A DNA stretch of 32,533 nt from Octopus sinensis (GCF_006345805.1 NW_021829593.1:1-32533), one strand, 5' to 3'. Shown: positions 21,120 through 32,129, counted from the stretch's first letter. Notes: a model not told the origin generated them from the letters alone. Numbers and translations: made by a program.

Positions 21120-21517
21120 CTTAAACTATCCACAGAAACGTTAAACTAGAAAACCCACTGTTGTTTAAATGATAACTAAATTAAACAGAATGATTTATAT
21201 GATGCATGGTACATCAATAAATATATTTATTAAGCGGTCAGAGTGTTTTGTTTCAATGTTATATACTGCAATGCAGAATACATCTATAGATGTTAGCCAA
21301 CACTGTAGGCATGTGGGTATAGACTTTGTTTTTACATACAATGTTCATTGTAAACTGCAACAGGATATCCCCACTTACACACATGTGTGTGTGAGTGCAT
21401 TTACATCATTATCTTCATATATATATATATATATATATATATGCATATATATTAATATGTGTGCATCTACGTGAATACATATGTATATTTATATACATAT
21501 GTATATATAAACAAAAT

Positions 21518-21549
<32 letters not shown>

Positions 21550-21579
21550 TGCATATGCATATACACATCCATAAATATA

Positions 21580-21619
<40 letters not shown>

Positions 21620-21764
21620 TAAATATACATACATAATATACATATATATAAATATATGCATATATATACATATAAATATATGCGTATATATACATAATTA
21701 TATATACAAATAAATATATTGCATATGTATATACATAAGCATATATAATCCATATATACACACA

Positions 21765-21922
21765 ACAGGCTTCTTTCAGTTTCTGCCTACCAAATTCACT
21801 CGGAAGGCTTTGGTCAGCTTCAGCCTATAACAAAAGACACCCATGGTGCCATGCATTGGGGCTGAACCCAGACCCACATGGTCAGAAAGCAAGCATCTTA
21901 CCACATAGCCACACATGCACCT
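21765..21922 (-). mobile_element. Diverged SINE-A 5' half
   Basis: caggcttctttcagtttc...ggctgaacccag...cttaccacatagccac. Confidence 0.8.
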
Positions 21923-21974
21923 GTGGACAAAACACAATTTCTAATATTGTAATCCAATTTCTTCTTGCTTAAAG

Positions 21975-22130
21975 TTTTGAGTTCAAATCCTAGTAAGGAC
22001 AGTTTGCCACTCATCATTGTTGGGGGTCACTATAAAAAGCACCAGTACAGCACAAGGGTCAATGTAAATGACTCGTACCCCCTACCCTACCCCAAAAAAT
22101 TTTAGGGCATTTTCCTGTGGTAGAAAAAAT
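21975..22130 (+). mobile_element. Highly diverged SINE-B
   Basis: ttttgagttcaaatcc...tcatc...ggggtcactataaaaagcaccagtacagcac..gggtcaatgtaaatgac. Confidence 0.55.
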
Positions 22131-22440
22131 TATAACCCTAGGTTTTTTATATAAAAATATTGCACTCCCTTCTAATAAACAGAAAATAAACTTCATTTAA
22201 TGATAGCAGTGTATTGTTTTGAAATTAATCTCTTCGTTATTAAAATGTAATTATATACACAGGAATTGCTTAATAATTGTAAGCATATATTTCAACACAC
22301 ATATACACTCAAGTGTATGTGAATATATATATATATATATATATATAATTAATAATAAAATATTAGGGAATAAATCCAAACTTACAGGGAAAAATCAGAT
22401 TTAGGATTAAATCCAATTTTATAGTATAAATATATTATAT

Positions 22441-22940
22441 TATATTATAATAAATTAGAGATAAAACCACTATTAGGCAAATCAAACAATGAAAAACATA
22501 AGCCAATACATAAAATTAATTTAATTTATATTATTTTAAATATATATCAAAAGTATTAAAAGTTTAATAAAAGATAAAGAGTAAAACACTACGATCGTTT
22601 CATGGCTGTACAATTCGAATAACAATAATTATTATAAGTAAAATTATTATATTATTTATATCTTAAAAATATTGTTTAAATATTTCTGATTATTTTTTTT
22701 AGATATTTCAATTAACTTGAAGATTGACTGTAACCATAACTCGAATTATTAATTGAATTTAAATTATTGTTATTCGAATTGTACAGCCATGAAACGATTG
22801 TAGGGTTTTATTCTTTATCTTTTATTAAACTTTTAATACTTTTGATATATATTTAAAATAATATAAATTAAATTAATTTTATGTATTGGCTTATGTTTTT
22901 CATTGTTTGATTTGCCTAATAGTGGTTTTATCTCTAATTT

Positions 22941-22951
<11 letters not shown>
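22441..22951. repeat. Long inverted repeat (190 bp arms, about 3 mismatches, 131 bp spacer), Penelope-like termini
   Basis: 22441-22630 is the reverse complement of 22762-22951. A degenerate hammerhead (ttgaaga...gaaacgattgta) spans 22714-22805. Part of the arm recurs at 24088-24157. Confidence 0.9.
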
Positions 22952-23004
<53 letters not shown>

Positions 23005-23097
23005 TATAATTAAATAAGGGTAGAAATTGATAATAATCAATTAAAACCAGTGGCCTAGTGTATTTAAAAAAAAATCTGGAGATTAAAAATTTTATAC

Positions 23098-23310
23098 ATA
23101 CAAAATTTAGAGGAATGACCACTAATAGTGGACAGCCTGTATGCTAGATATAGATGTCAAATTTGCCATTTACCACGAAGAATGTGTTCTCAAGAAAATT
23201 TTTCTTTCTGAATTTTTTCTTGAGAATACATTCTTCATGGTAAATGGCGAGTTTGACGTCTATATCTAGCATACAGGCTGTCCACTATTAGTGGTCATTC
23301 CTCTAAATTT

Positions 23311-23315
<5 letters not shown>
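23098..23315. repeat. Fold-back element or MITE with about 100 bp arms
   Basis: atacaaaatttagaggaatgaccactaatagtggacagcctgtatgctagatatag... is mirrored by ...ctatatctagcatacaggctgtccactattagtggtcattcctctaaattttgtat. Confidence 0.9.
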
Positions 23316-23356
<41 letters not shown>

Positions 23357-23376
23357 TAACAGAGACATACATATTC

Positions 23377-23414
<38 letters not shown>

Positions 23415-23419
<5 letters not shown>

Positions 23420-23609
23420 GTGTACATTTAACAACATAAGACATGCCTTGACAAGACACCAGAATACTAGAAGGACCAGTCAAAATCCAAACCACAGTTA
23501 GGGGTAATTTTGAAATTACCTCTAACCGTAGTTTGGATTTTGACTGGTCCTTCTAGTATTCCAGGTGTCCTGTCAAGGCACCTGTTATATGTTTAAATGT
23601 ACACTAATT
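23415..23609. repeat. Near-perfect palindrome of about 195 bp with a 2 nt loop
   Basis: Centre ggtaattt-tg-aaattacc, ends aattagtgtacattt and aaatgtacactaatt. An extra right-arm copy lies at about 23725-23790. Confidence 0.9.
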
Positions 23610-23783
23610 TTTTATGAATAATATATAGTCTATTGACTATTGTCTGCATGCGAAACTACTGGTAGAAAAAAATTTCTATTATTTTTCCTACCCTGTATAT
23701 TTTTCCCAATATATATATATATATGGTCCTTCTAGCATTCTTCGTGTCCTTTCAAGGCACCTCTTATGTTTTTAAATGTACGC

Positions 23784-23814
<31 letters not shown>

Positions 23815-23841
23815 TCATATGAATATATATGTCTCTGTTAT

Positions 23842-23888
<47 letters not shown>

Positions 23889-24189
23889 ATCTTTATCCTT
23901 TATTAAATTTTTTATACTTTTGATATTTAAAAAAAAAGAATAAATAAATAAATAAATTAATTAATTAATAAGATAATATATAAATATAAAAATATACATA
24001 CATACATATATATATATTTGTATATATATTATTAAATTTATAAGTTTAAATTATTTAAATAATTTTTTTAACTTTTATATTTTTAAATTAATTTTATGTA
24101 TTGGCTTATGTTTTTCACTGTTTGATTTGTTCTAATAGTGGTTTTATCTCTAATTTAATATAATATATATATATATATATATATGTCTG

Positions 24190-24228
<39 letters not shown>

Positions 24229-24258
24229 TGTATATATATATATATATATATATATTTG

Positions 24259-24298
<40 letters not shown>

Positions 24299-24301
24299 TG
24301 T

Positions 24302-24343
<42 letters not shown>

Positions 24344-24371
24344 TGTATATTATATATATATATATCTGTCG

Positions 24372-24413
<42 letters not shown>

Positions 24414-24516
24414 TATATACGTATATATACATATATGTTTTTTTAATATATAATTGACAGAATGAGAAGAAAAATCCGAGGCTGTCAATAGTTTCCAGAA
24501 CATTTATAAAGAAAAA

Positions 24517-24565
24517 GTTTTGCAGCTGTTTCCAGGATATTTTATATATCCCTTCATCAAAGGAC
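24517..24565 (-). ncRNA. Degenerate hammerhead-like relic
   Basis: Minus strand TTGATGA a ggGATAT-ataaa-ATATCct g GAAAC AGCTG CA. The core and cleavage site are mutated and stem I is poor. Confidence 0.3.
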
Positions 24566-24774
24566 GGTGCGAAGAAATATTTGAGTATTAATTATTGTAG
24601 AGAATATTTCATACTTGAACATTTACTCACACCGTATATGTATATATATGCGTGTGTATATATTTACATACATGTATGTTTTTTTTTGTGTGTCTATGTA
24701 TATATATATATATATGAAATTTTGAATTTAGTTCATGGACATTCCCACCCACCCCAGTATTACCTTTATGACCA

Positions 24775-24808
24775 CCAGGAGTCCGTGAACCCCAGGTTGG
24801 GAACCACT
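24775..24808 (-). mobile_element. Possible hAT-type terminal fragment
   Basis: Minus strand agtggttcccaacctggggttcacggactcc resembles hAT/Charlie-type ends. No partner end was found. Confidence 0.3.
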
Positions 24809-24811
24809 ACA

Positions 24812-24857
<46 letters not shown>

Positions 24858-24913
24858 TTATATATATTATATATAATATATATGTATGTACAATACATAC
24901 ATATGTATGTATA

Positions 24914-24957
<44 letters not shown>

Positions 24958-25340
24958 TATATATTCATATACATACATATGTATGTATTGTACATACACA
25001 CACATATATATATATAAATATATTTTTTAAAGATTTTGTTCATTTAAAGCTTGTAAATTAAGTTATAAAAAATATATATATATATGCAGATGTAAACCTA
25101 CAGAACAGATATACAAACGGCAAATTTAACTATTTCTCCATAGACCGAGAAAAATAAGGATCAGCCTTAATCAATTTTCGGACCTTATTGACATCTCATC
25201 AGATGTATCTACACAACACATCCAGTAGCTTCTGAGAACAGGGAGTGTCTGATTTGCATACTATATAATGAACTTAGCATTTTTGTTAATATCAGCAGCC
25301 CGTTTGTGGAAATCTCAGTCCATGCAACATTGCAGTGTTA

Positions 25341-25684
25341 TAAGGTTGTCCCAAAAGTTCGTAGAAAGTCTTGGAAAATAATGGTCTTTATTTTGAGGAA
25401 TAATTTTTGTTGTTTTTGTTAGTACTTGGCGAGTAAAGATTCAATTTTCGCAGAGTTTACGAACTTTTGGGACAACCTAATAATAATAATAAATAATAAT
25501 AATATAAAAGAAGAAGAAGAGTAAGAATAATAATATAATAATAATAATAATAATAATCAAATAATAATAATAATAATGATAATGATTTTGATGATTTTTG
25601 ATTTTTCCCAGTTTCAGCTCATGAGCTGTGGCCATGCTGGGGCACTGCCATTTAATAATAATAATGATAATAATAATAATAATG

Positions 25685-25726
<42 letters not shown>

Positions 25727-25932
25727 TAAAAATATAATAATAATAATATAAGGTTGTCCCAAAAGTTCGTAGAAAGTCTTGGAAAATAATGGTCTTTATT
25801 TTGAGGAATAATTTTTGTTGTTTTTGTTAGTACTTGGCGAGTAAAGATTCAATTTTCGCAAGAGTTTACGAACTTTTGGGACAACCTAATAATAATAATA
25901 AATAATAATAATAATAATAAGAAGAAGAGTAA

Positions 25933-25999
<67 letters not shown>

Positions 26000-26097
26000 T
26001 TTGATGATTTTTGATTTTTTCCAGTTTCAGCTCATGAGCTGTGGCCATGCTGGGGCACTGCCATTTAATAATAATAATGATAATAATAATAATAATG

Positions 26098-26143
<46 letters not shown>

Positions 26144-26301
26144 TAATAATAATAATAATATAAGGTTGTCCCAAAAGTTCGTAGAAAGTCTTGGAAAATA
26201 ATGGTCTTTATTTTGAGGAATAATTTTTGTTGTTTTTGTTAGTACTTGGCGAGTAAAGATTCAATTTTCGCAAGTGTTTACGAACATTTGGGACAACCTA
26301 A
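25341..26301. mobile_element. Three tandem copies of a 140 bp mariner-type MITE separated by (AAT)n + SINE tail + (AAT)n (period about 410 bp)
   Basis: TA-taaggttgtcccaaaagttcgta...tacgaac(t/a)tttgggacaacctaa-TA at 25341-25480, 25749-25889 and 26161-26301. Confidence 0.95.
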
Positions 26302-26424
26302 TATATCAAATATATAAACCTATGGAGTAGACAAACAAGCATAACAAATTTAACTGTTTCTCCATACGTTTACATTCATACACATACATGTAGACACACT
26401 CATTCACACACATATTTTTTTATA

Positions 26425-28257
26425 CAGGGTGCGATGGGTAAATTGTTGCCATTTTGTATTTTTAATTTTTCGCATTGTGTATTTTGGATTTTGTTGACTA
26501 AACGGTGTAGTAGGATCGGTGTAGTAGGACTGAAGGCGGCGAGCTGGCAGAAACGTTAGCACACTAGGCGAAATGCTCAGCGGTATTTCGTCTGCCGCTA
26601 CGTTCTGAGTTCAAAGTCCGCCGAGGTCGACTTTGCCTTTCATCCTTTCGGGGTCGATTAATTAAGTACCAATTACGCACTGGGGTCGATGTAATCGACT
26701 TAATACCTATGTCTGTCCTTGTTTGTCCCCTCTGTGTTTAGCCCCTTGTGGGTAATAAAGAAATAGGTATTTCGTCTGTCGCTAGGTTCTGAGTTCAAAT
26801 TCCGCAGGAGTCGACTTTACCTTTCATCCTTTCGGGGTCGATAAATTAAGTACCAATTACGCACTGGGGTCGATGTAATCGACTTAATACCTATGTCTGT
26901 CCTTGTTTGTCCCCTCTGTGTTTAGCCCCTTGTGGGTAATAAAGAAATAGGTATTTCATCTGTCGCTAGGTTCTGAGTTCAAATTCCGCCGAGGTCGACT
27001 TTGCCTTTCATCCTTTCGGGGTCGATTAATTAAGTACCAATTACGCACGGAGGTCGATGTAATCGACCTTATACCTATGTCTGTCCTTGTTTGTCCCCTC
27101 TGTGTTTAGCCCCTTGTGGGTAATAAGAAATAGGTATTTCCTCTGTCGCTACGTTCTGAGTTCAAAGTCCGCCGAGGTCGACTTTGTCTTTCATCCTCTT
27201 CGGGGTCGATTAATTAAGTACCAATTACGCACTGGGGTCGATGTAATCGACTTAACCTATGTCTGTCCTTGTTTGTCCCCTCTGTGTTTAGCCCCTTGTG
27301 GGTAAAAAGAAATAGGTATTTCGTCTGTCGCTAGGTTCTGAGTTCAAATTCCGCCGAGGTCGACTTTACCTTTCATCCTTTCGGGGTCCGAAATAAGTAC
27401 CAATTACGCACTGGGGTCGATGTAATCGACTTAATACCTATGTCTGTCCTTGTTTGTCCCCTCTGTGTTTAGCCCCTTGTGGGTAATAAAGAAATAGGTA
27501 TTTCGTCTGTCGCTAGGTTCTGAGTTCAAATTCCGCAGGAGTCGACTTTGCCTTTCATCCTTTCGGGGTCGATTAATTAAGTACCAATTACGCACTGGGG
27601 TCGATGTAATCGACTTAATACCTATGTCTGTCCTTGTTTGTCCCCTCTGTGTTTAGCCCCTTGTGGGTAATAAAGAAATAGGTGTAGTAGGATCGGTGAG
27701 AAAAACAGTACCATGATGTAATACACTCTGCTAGAAATTTGTTCGATAGAAACTTGGAAACGACATGCTATACTGTTTGGCATTCACGATGGAAGCCCCA
27801 GTATGGGGATTTCAGAGCGTTTGGGTGTCATGAGTTGGATGAGTCCAATGGTAATTACGAAAGTTCGGCAAACTCAGAAAACTCACTCTGACCATTCTGA
27901 TAAGAAAGGAACTCCCGAAAAGAACTCCCCAGACTGCAACACCCTTGATTATTGTGTGTGGGGCACAGCTGAGCAAAAGACCAACAAAACCCCTTGTAAT
28001 GTCAAAGACCAACTGAAGGCAAGGATTATGATAACATTGACCAACTTAACAAGGAGACCATCCAGAAGAGTTGCAGGAGATTCTGAAGTCATCTGGAGGC
28101 TGTGGTTGAAGCCAATGGCGATTTTATTGAATGAATTTACTCTTTAGCACTTCAAGATATTTTTACGTAATTTTGGTAAAAATATCTGTTAAAATGAGAT
28201 GTCAGTGTTATTTTCATTTTTGCGTAATTTAGACGACAATTTATTCATTGTACCCTG
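26425..28257 (+). mobile_element. Internally deleted maT-type transposon with both TIRs and TA TSD, interrupted by the SINE-B array
   Basis: TA-cagggtgcgatgggtaaattg and caatttattcattgtaccctg-TA. Remnant peptides NSPDCNTLDYCVWGTAEQKTNKTPCNVKDQLKARI and SHLEAVVEANGDFIE*. Confidence 0.9.
26535..27680 (+). mobile_element. SINE-B with one head and 6 x about 183 bp tandem bodies
   Basis: Head ggcggcgagctggcagaaacgttagc. Units start ggtatttc at 26582, 26766, 26950, 27133, 27315 and 27497. It is flanked by ggtgtagtagga (26518-26529 and 27681-27692). The central gtcgactttgcctttcatcctttcggggtcgat..aagtacca resembles the Meta/MESC SINE domain. Confidence 0.95.
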
Positions 28258-28259
28258 TA

Positions 28260-28269
28260 TGTATGTATG

Positions 28270-28331
<62 letters not shown>

Positions 28332-28454
28332 CAGACAGACAAATAGATAGACAAACAGATAGATAGATAGATAGACAGACAAATAGATAGACAAACAGAT
28401 AGATAGATAGATAGGTAGAAAGATAGGTAGATAGATAGATAGATACATAGATAC

Positions 28455-28494
<40 letters not shown>

Positions 28495-28510
28495 GTAGGT
28501 AGGTAGGTAG
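28260..28510. repeat. (GATA)n/(GACA)n/(GGTA)n microsatellite
   Basis: Direct reading. Confidence 0.95.
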
Positions 28511-28928
28511 GCACGTATGTACATACATACATATATACACACATACATACATGCATGCATGCATGCATACATGCATATATACGACAATCGGATGTGATTC
28601 AAGAACGATTTGGCTGCTATTTCTAGCAGGTCAAACTTTTATATAGACATCTCCCTCACTCTTTAATATATCCATCCAACTGTACATACATACATACACA
28701 CACACATACATACATATGTACGTACATACATACAATACATATATATATATCTGAACAAAATTTCTAAGCATCTAAAGTGTTTATTACTTTACATACAAGA
28801 AAGTAAATGTCAAACATAGCATAGTTGTGAAAACTGGAAAGATTGAGTATTTTCTGCTGTTGTCACAGCTATACTGCGCTCAAAACTGACTTTCTTATCT
28901 GTAAAATTTATATAGATATATGTGTGTG

Positions 28929-28983
<55 letters not shown>

Positions 28984-29015
28984 TTTATTTTAAGCAGCAG
29001 AAAATTCAACAAAAT

Positions 29016-29048
29016 CTGTTACTCTGAGTTTCTCGTTGCCGTTCATCA

Positions 29049-29053
<5 letters not shown>
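29016..29053 (-). ncRNA. Hammerhead copy with C3U change, at the truncated end of a duplicated arm
   Basis: Minus strand ttgt TTGATGA acggcaacga GAAACTCAGAGTA ACAG. Confidence 0.55.
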
Positions 29054-29102
<49 letters not shown>

Positions 29103-29244
29103 TATATATCTATATATATATATATATATATATAAACATATATATATATAAACATATATATATATAAACATATATATATATAAACATATATAATAATATA
29201 TAATATATATACTTTATTTTAAGCAGCAGAAAATTCAACAAAAT

Positions 29245-29282
29245 CTGTTACTCTGAGTTTCTCGTTGCCGTTCATCAGACAG
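29245..29282 (-). ncRNA. Minimal type I hammerhead with intact core
   Basis: CTGT CTGATGA a CG-GCAA-CG a GAAA CTC-a-GAGT A^ ACAG. Confidence 0.75.
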
Positions 29283-29463
29283 TTTTTGCTAGAAATAATT
29301 TTTTATATATATATACATATATTTTTGAGCTTTTTTTGTTTATTGCTCGAAGATTGACCGTTTTTTCTAAAGGGCCAATCAAACAAGTCCATTTTTTTTT
29401 TAAAGGTGTAGCGTTTGTAAGAGTCTAGATTGAATTGATATATCGGTTCCATTCTAGCAAAAA

Positions 29464-29501
29464 CTGTCTGATGAACGGCAACGAGAAACTCAGAGTAACA
29501 G
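29464..29501 (+). ncRNA. Minimal type I hammerhead with intact core, identical to 29245-29282 but on the opposite strand
   Basis: Stem I ctgt/acag (extendable by aaaa/tttt), CTGATGA at 29468-29474, GCAA-capped 2 bp stem II, GAAA at 29485-29488, stem III ACTC/GAGT, GUA cleavage after 29497. Confidence 0.75.
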
Positions 29502-29622
29502 ATTTTGTTGAATTTTCTGCTGCTTAAAATAAAGCATATTACTCTACCACTGGTATTTGAGTACTCTTTTTTTCCACCTTGTTTCACATTTATGTGTTTA
29601 CTCCGGTATATATATATATATA

Positions 29623-29788
29623 TTTATAGACTTTACTTATAGACATACGTATATATGTATATATACACACACACATAAATTTAAGTGGGTATATATATAA
29701 ATATATATGTGTGTGTGTCTATGTGTGTTAATTTATCTATGTAGTTAAGCATATATATATATACATACATACACACATACATATACCC

Positions 29789-29820
<32 letters not shown>

Positions 29821-30560
29821 TAACATATCTTTATAGACTTTACTTATAGACATAGGTATATGTATAATACACACACACATAAATTTCATTGGGTATATAT
29901 ATAAACTATATGTGTGTGTCTATGTGTGTTTTAATTTATGTATGTAGTTAAGCATTATATATATATATATTACCTACATACATACATACATATACATATA
30001 TATATATATATATATATAACATATCTTTATAGACTTTATTTATAGACATAGGTATATATGTATATATACACACACACATAAATTTAAGTGGGTATATATA
30101 TAAATATATATGTGTGTGTCTATGTGTGTTAATTTATGTATGTAGTTAAGCATATATATATATATTACATACATACATACACACATACATATACATATAT
30201 ATATATATATATATAACATATCTTTATAGACTTTACTTATAGACATAGGTATATATGTATATATCACACACACCTAAATTAAGTGGGTATATATATAAAT
30301 ATATATGTTGTGTGTCTATGTGTGTTAATTTATTGTATGTAGTTAAGCATATATATATATCTACTACATACTAACACTACTATACATATATATATATATA
30401 TATAACATATCTTTATAGACTTTACTTATAGACATAGGTATATATGTATATATACACACACACATAAATTTAGTGGGTATATATATAAATATATATGTGT
30501 GGTTAATTTATGTATGTAGTAAGCATATATATATATATATATATACATACATACATACAC
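29623..30560. repeat. AT-rich minisatellite, about 5 x 190-207 bp
   Basis: tttatagacttta(c/t)ttatagacata starts at 29623, 29830, 30026, 30223 and 30412. Confidence 0.93.
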
Positions 30561-30765
30561 ACATACATATATATCTATATATATATAAATAAATCTTGAA
30601 ATCTATATACACTGAATAGCAAGCCACTTCCCACCAGACACACGGACATAAGGAATATCAGGTGATGGTTCCGATCGAATGTTCGCCGGTTCTATGTAAA
30701 CTAACTTCCGGTCCTACATTTGGTTCCGAGGATTTCACAGCAGACTGTTCCTTGAGTTTCATCTT

Positions 30766-30804
30766 CATCTGAGGGTGGTGAAAACCAGGGAAAGCGTGTT
30801 CGTG
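30766..30804 (+). ncRNA. Degenerate hammerhead-like motif
   Basis: CAT CTGAGGG TGGT-gaaa-ACCA gg GAAA GC-gt-GTT C GTG. A9 and the stem II junction are non-canonical. Confidence 0.3.
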
Positions 30805-30895
30805 TCAATATTATATGAGAAATGGCATAAATTGGTTTGTGCTGTGTGTGTGTGTGTGTGCATGCGACTGTATACATACATATATATAATATATA

Positions 30896-31302
30896 CTCTC
30901 TTTTACTCTTTTACTTGTTTCAGTCATTTGACTGCGCCATGCTGGGGCACCCCCTTTAGTCGAGGCAAATCGACCCCCGGGACTTATTCTTTGTAAGCCA
31001 AGTACTTATTCTATCGGTCTCTTTGGCCGAACGCTAAGTGACGGGGACGTAAACACACCAGCATCGGTTGTCAAGCAATGCTAGGGGGAAACACACAGAC
31101 CCACAAACACACACGCATATATATATATATTAATATATACGACAGGCTTCTTTCAGTTTCCGTCTACCAATCCACTCCACAAGGCATTGGTTGGCCCGGG
31201 GCTATAGCAGAAGACACTTGCCCAAGATGCCACGCAGTGGGACTGAACCCGGAACCATGTGGTTGGTTAGCAAGCTACTTACCAGACAGCCACTCCTGCG
31301 CC
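30896..31302 (-). mobile_element. SINE-A, full length
   Basis: Closely matches 5202-5627. Confidence 0.92.
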
Positions 31303-31333
<31 letters not shown>

Positions 31334-31489
31334 GCACCAGGTGGTGCTATTAAGTTAGACATGGCCTGGGCCAATAATGGCCAAAACCTATCAAAGTATC
31401 AAAGTATATATATACATACACACATATATTAATTGAAGTGTACAATATCATATATCCATTATGGATGATTTTTTCAAACCAAATCAAAT

Positions 31490-32010
31490 CAGATATCAGA
31501 AAGCAGAACCAAAATCGAAGTCGATCAACATCAATGGAAATGCAGCTGTGATACCAGTGCCGGTGACCTGACAGTAAGCGAACCATCCGATCGTGGCCGT
31601 TGCCAGCGCCGCCCCGACTGGTTTCCGTGCCGGTGGCAGTAAAAAGCACCATCCGTTCATGGCCGTTGCCAGCCTCGCTGGCCCCCCAATGCCGGTGGCA
31701 ACATAGCACCATCCGTTCGTGGCCATTGCTAGCATGCTGGCCCCCGTGCCGGTGGCACGTAAAAAAAGCCATCCGTCCGTGGCCGTTTGCCAGCTCCGTC
31801 CTGGCACCTGTGCGGGTGGCACATAAAAAAGCCCCACTACACTCACGGAGTGGTTGGCGTTAGGAAGCGCATAATCCAGCTGTAGAAACACTGGCCAGAT
31901 CAGACTGGGCCTGATGCAGCCTTCTGGCTTCACAGACACCAGTTGAACCGTCCAACCATGCTAGCATGGAAAGCGGACGCTAAATGATGATGATGATGAT
32001 GATGATGATA
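31490..32010 (+). mobile_element. RTE 3' UTR copy (variant internal repeats) with (GAT)n tail
   Basis: Repeated aaaaagc(a)ccatccg.tcgtggccgttgccagc, then ggagtggttggcgttaggaag and gcatggaaagcggacgctaaatgatgatg. Confidence 0.88.
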
Positions 32011-32129
32011 TGATGAGCTTACCAATTGGTTCACACTAGGTGTTCAACAGGGTGTAAGGTAACAGTCCAGTTATGTAACCTTGTGCTCTTCAGAGGTAGC
32101 CATATGTATATGTGTGTGTGTGTGTAAAC

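Larger units (their letters stand above)
29212..29534. repeat. Inverted repeat with 83 bp perfect arms and 157 bp spacer, carrying the two hammerheads
   Basis: 29212-29294 is the reverse complement of 29452-29534. A partial direct copy of the left arm lies at 28982-29049. Confidence 0.95.

Noticed and set aside
21200-21340. Minus-strand peptide CWLTSIDVFCIAVYNIETKHSDRLINI resembling GPCR TM3
   Set aside because: Motif spacing does not fit, polar residues fall in the would-be helix, the frame is closed by stops and no usable splice sites were found.
25085-25145. Acceptor-like tttaactatttctccatag, with a diverged duplicate at about 26305-26368
   Set aside because: All downstream frames close within about 90 nt without a convincing donor. 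More likely an old local duplication.
25170-25215. Minus-strand CTGATGA...GAAA as a hammerhead
   Set aside because: Stem II does not pair beyond 1 bp, and stems I and III are missing.
26535-26620. tRNA genes at SINE heads (also 3560-3627, 4564, 8301)
   Set aside because: A/B boxes are present, but there is no complete cloverleaf or acceptor stem and each continues into a SINE body.
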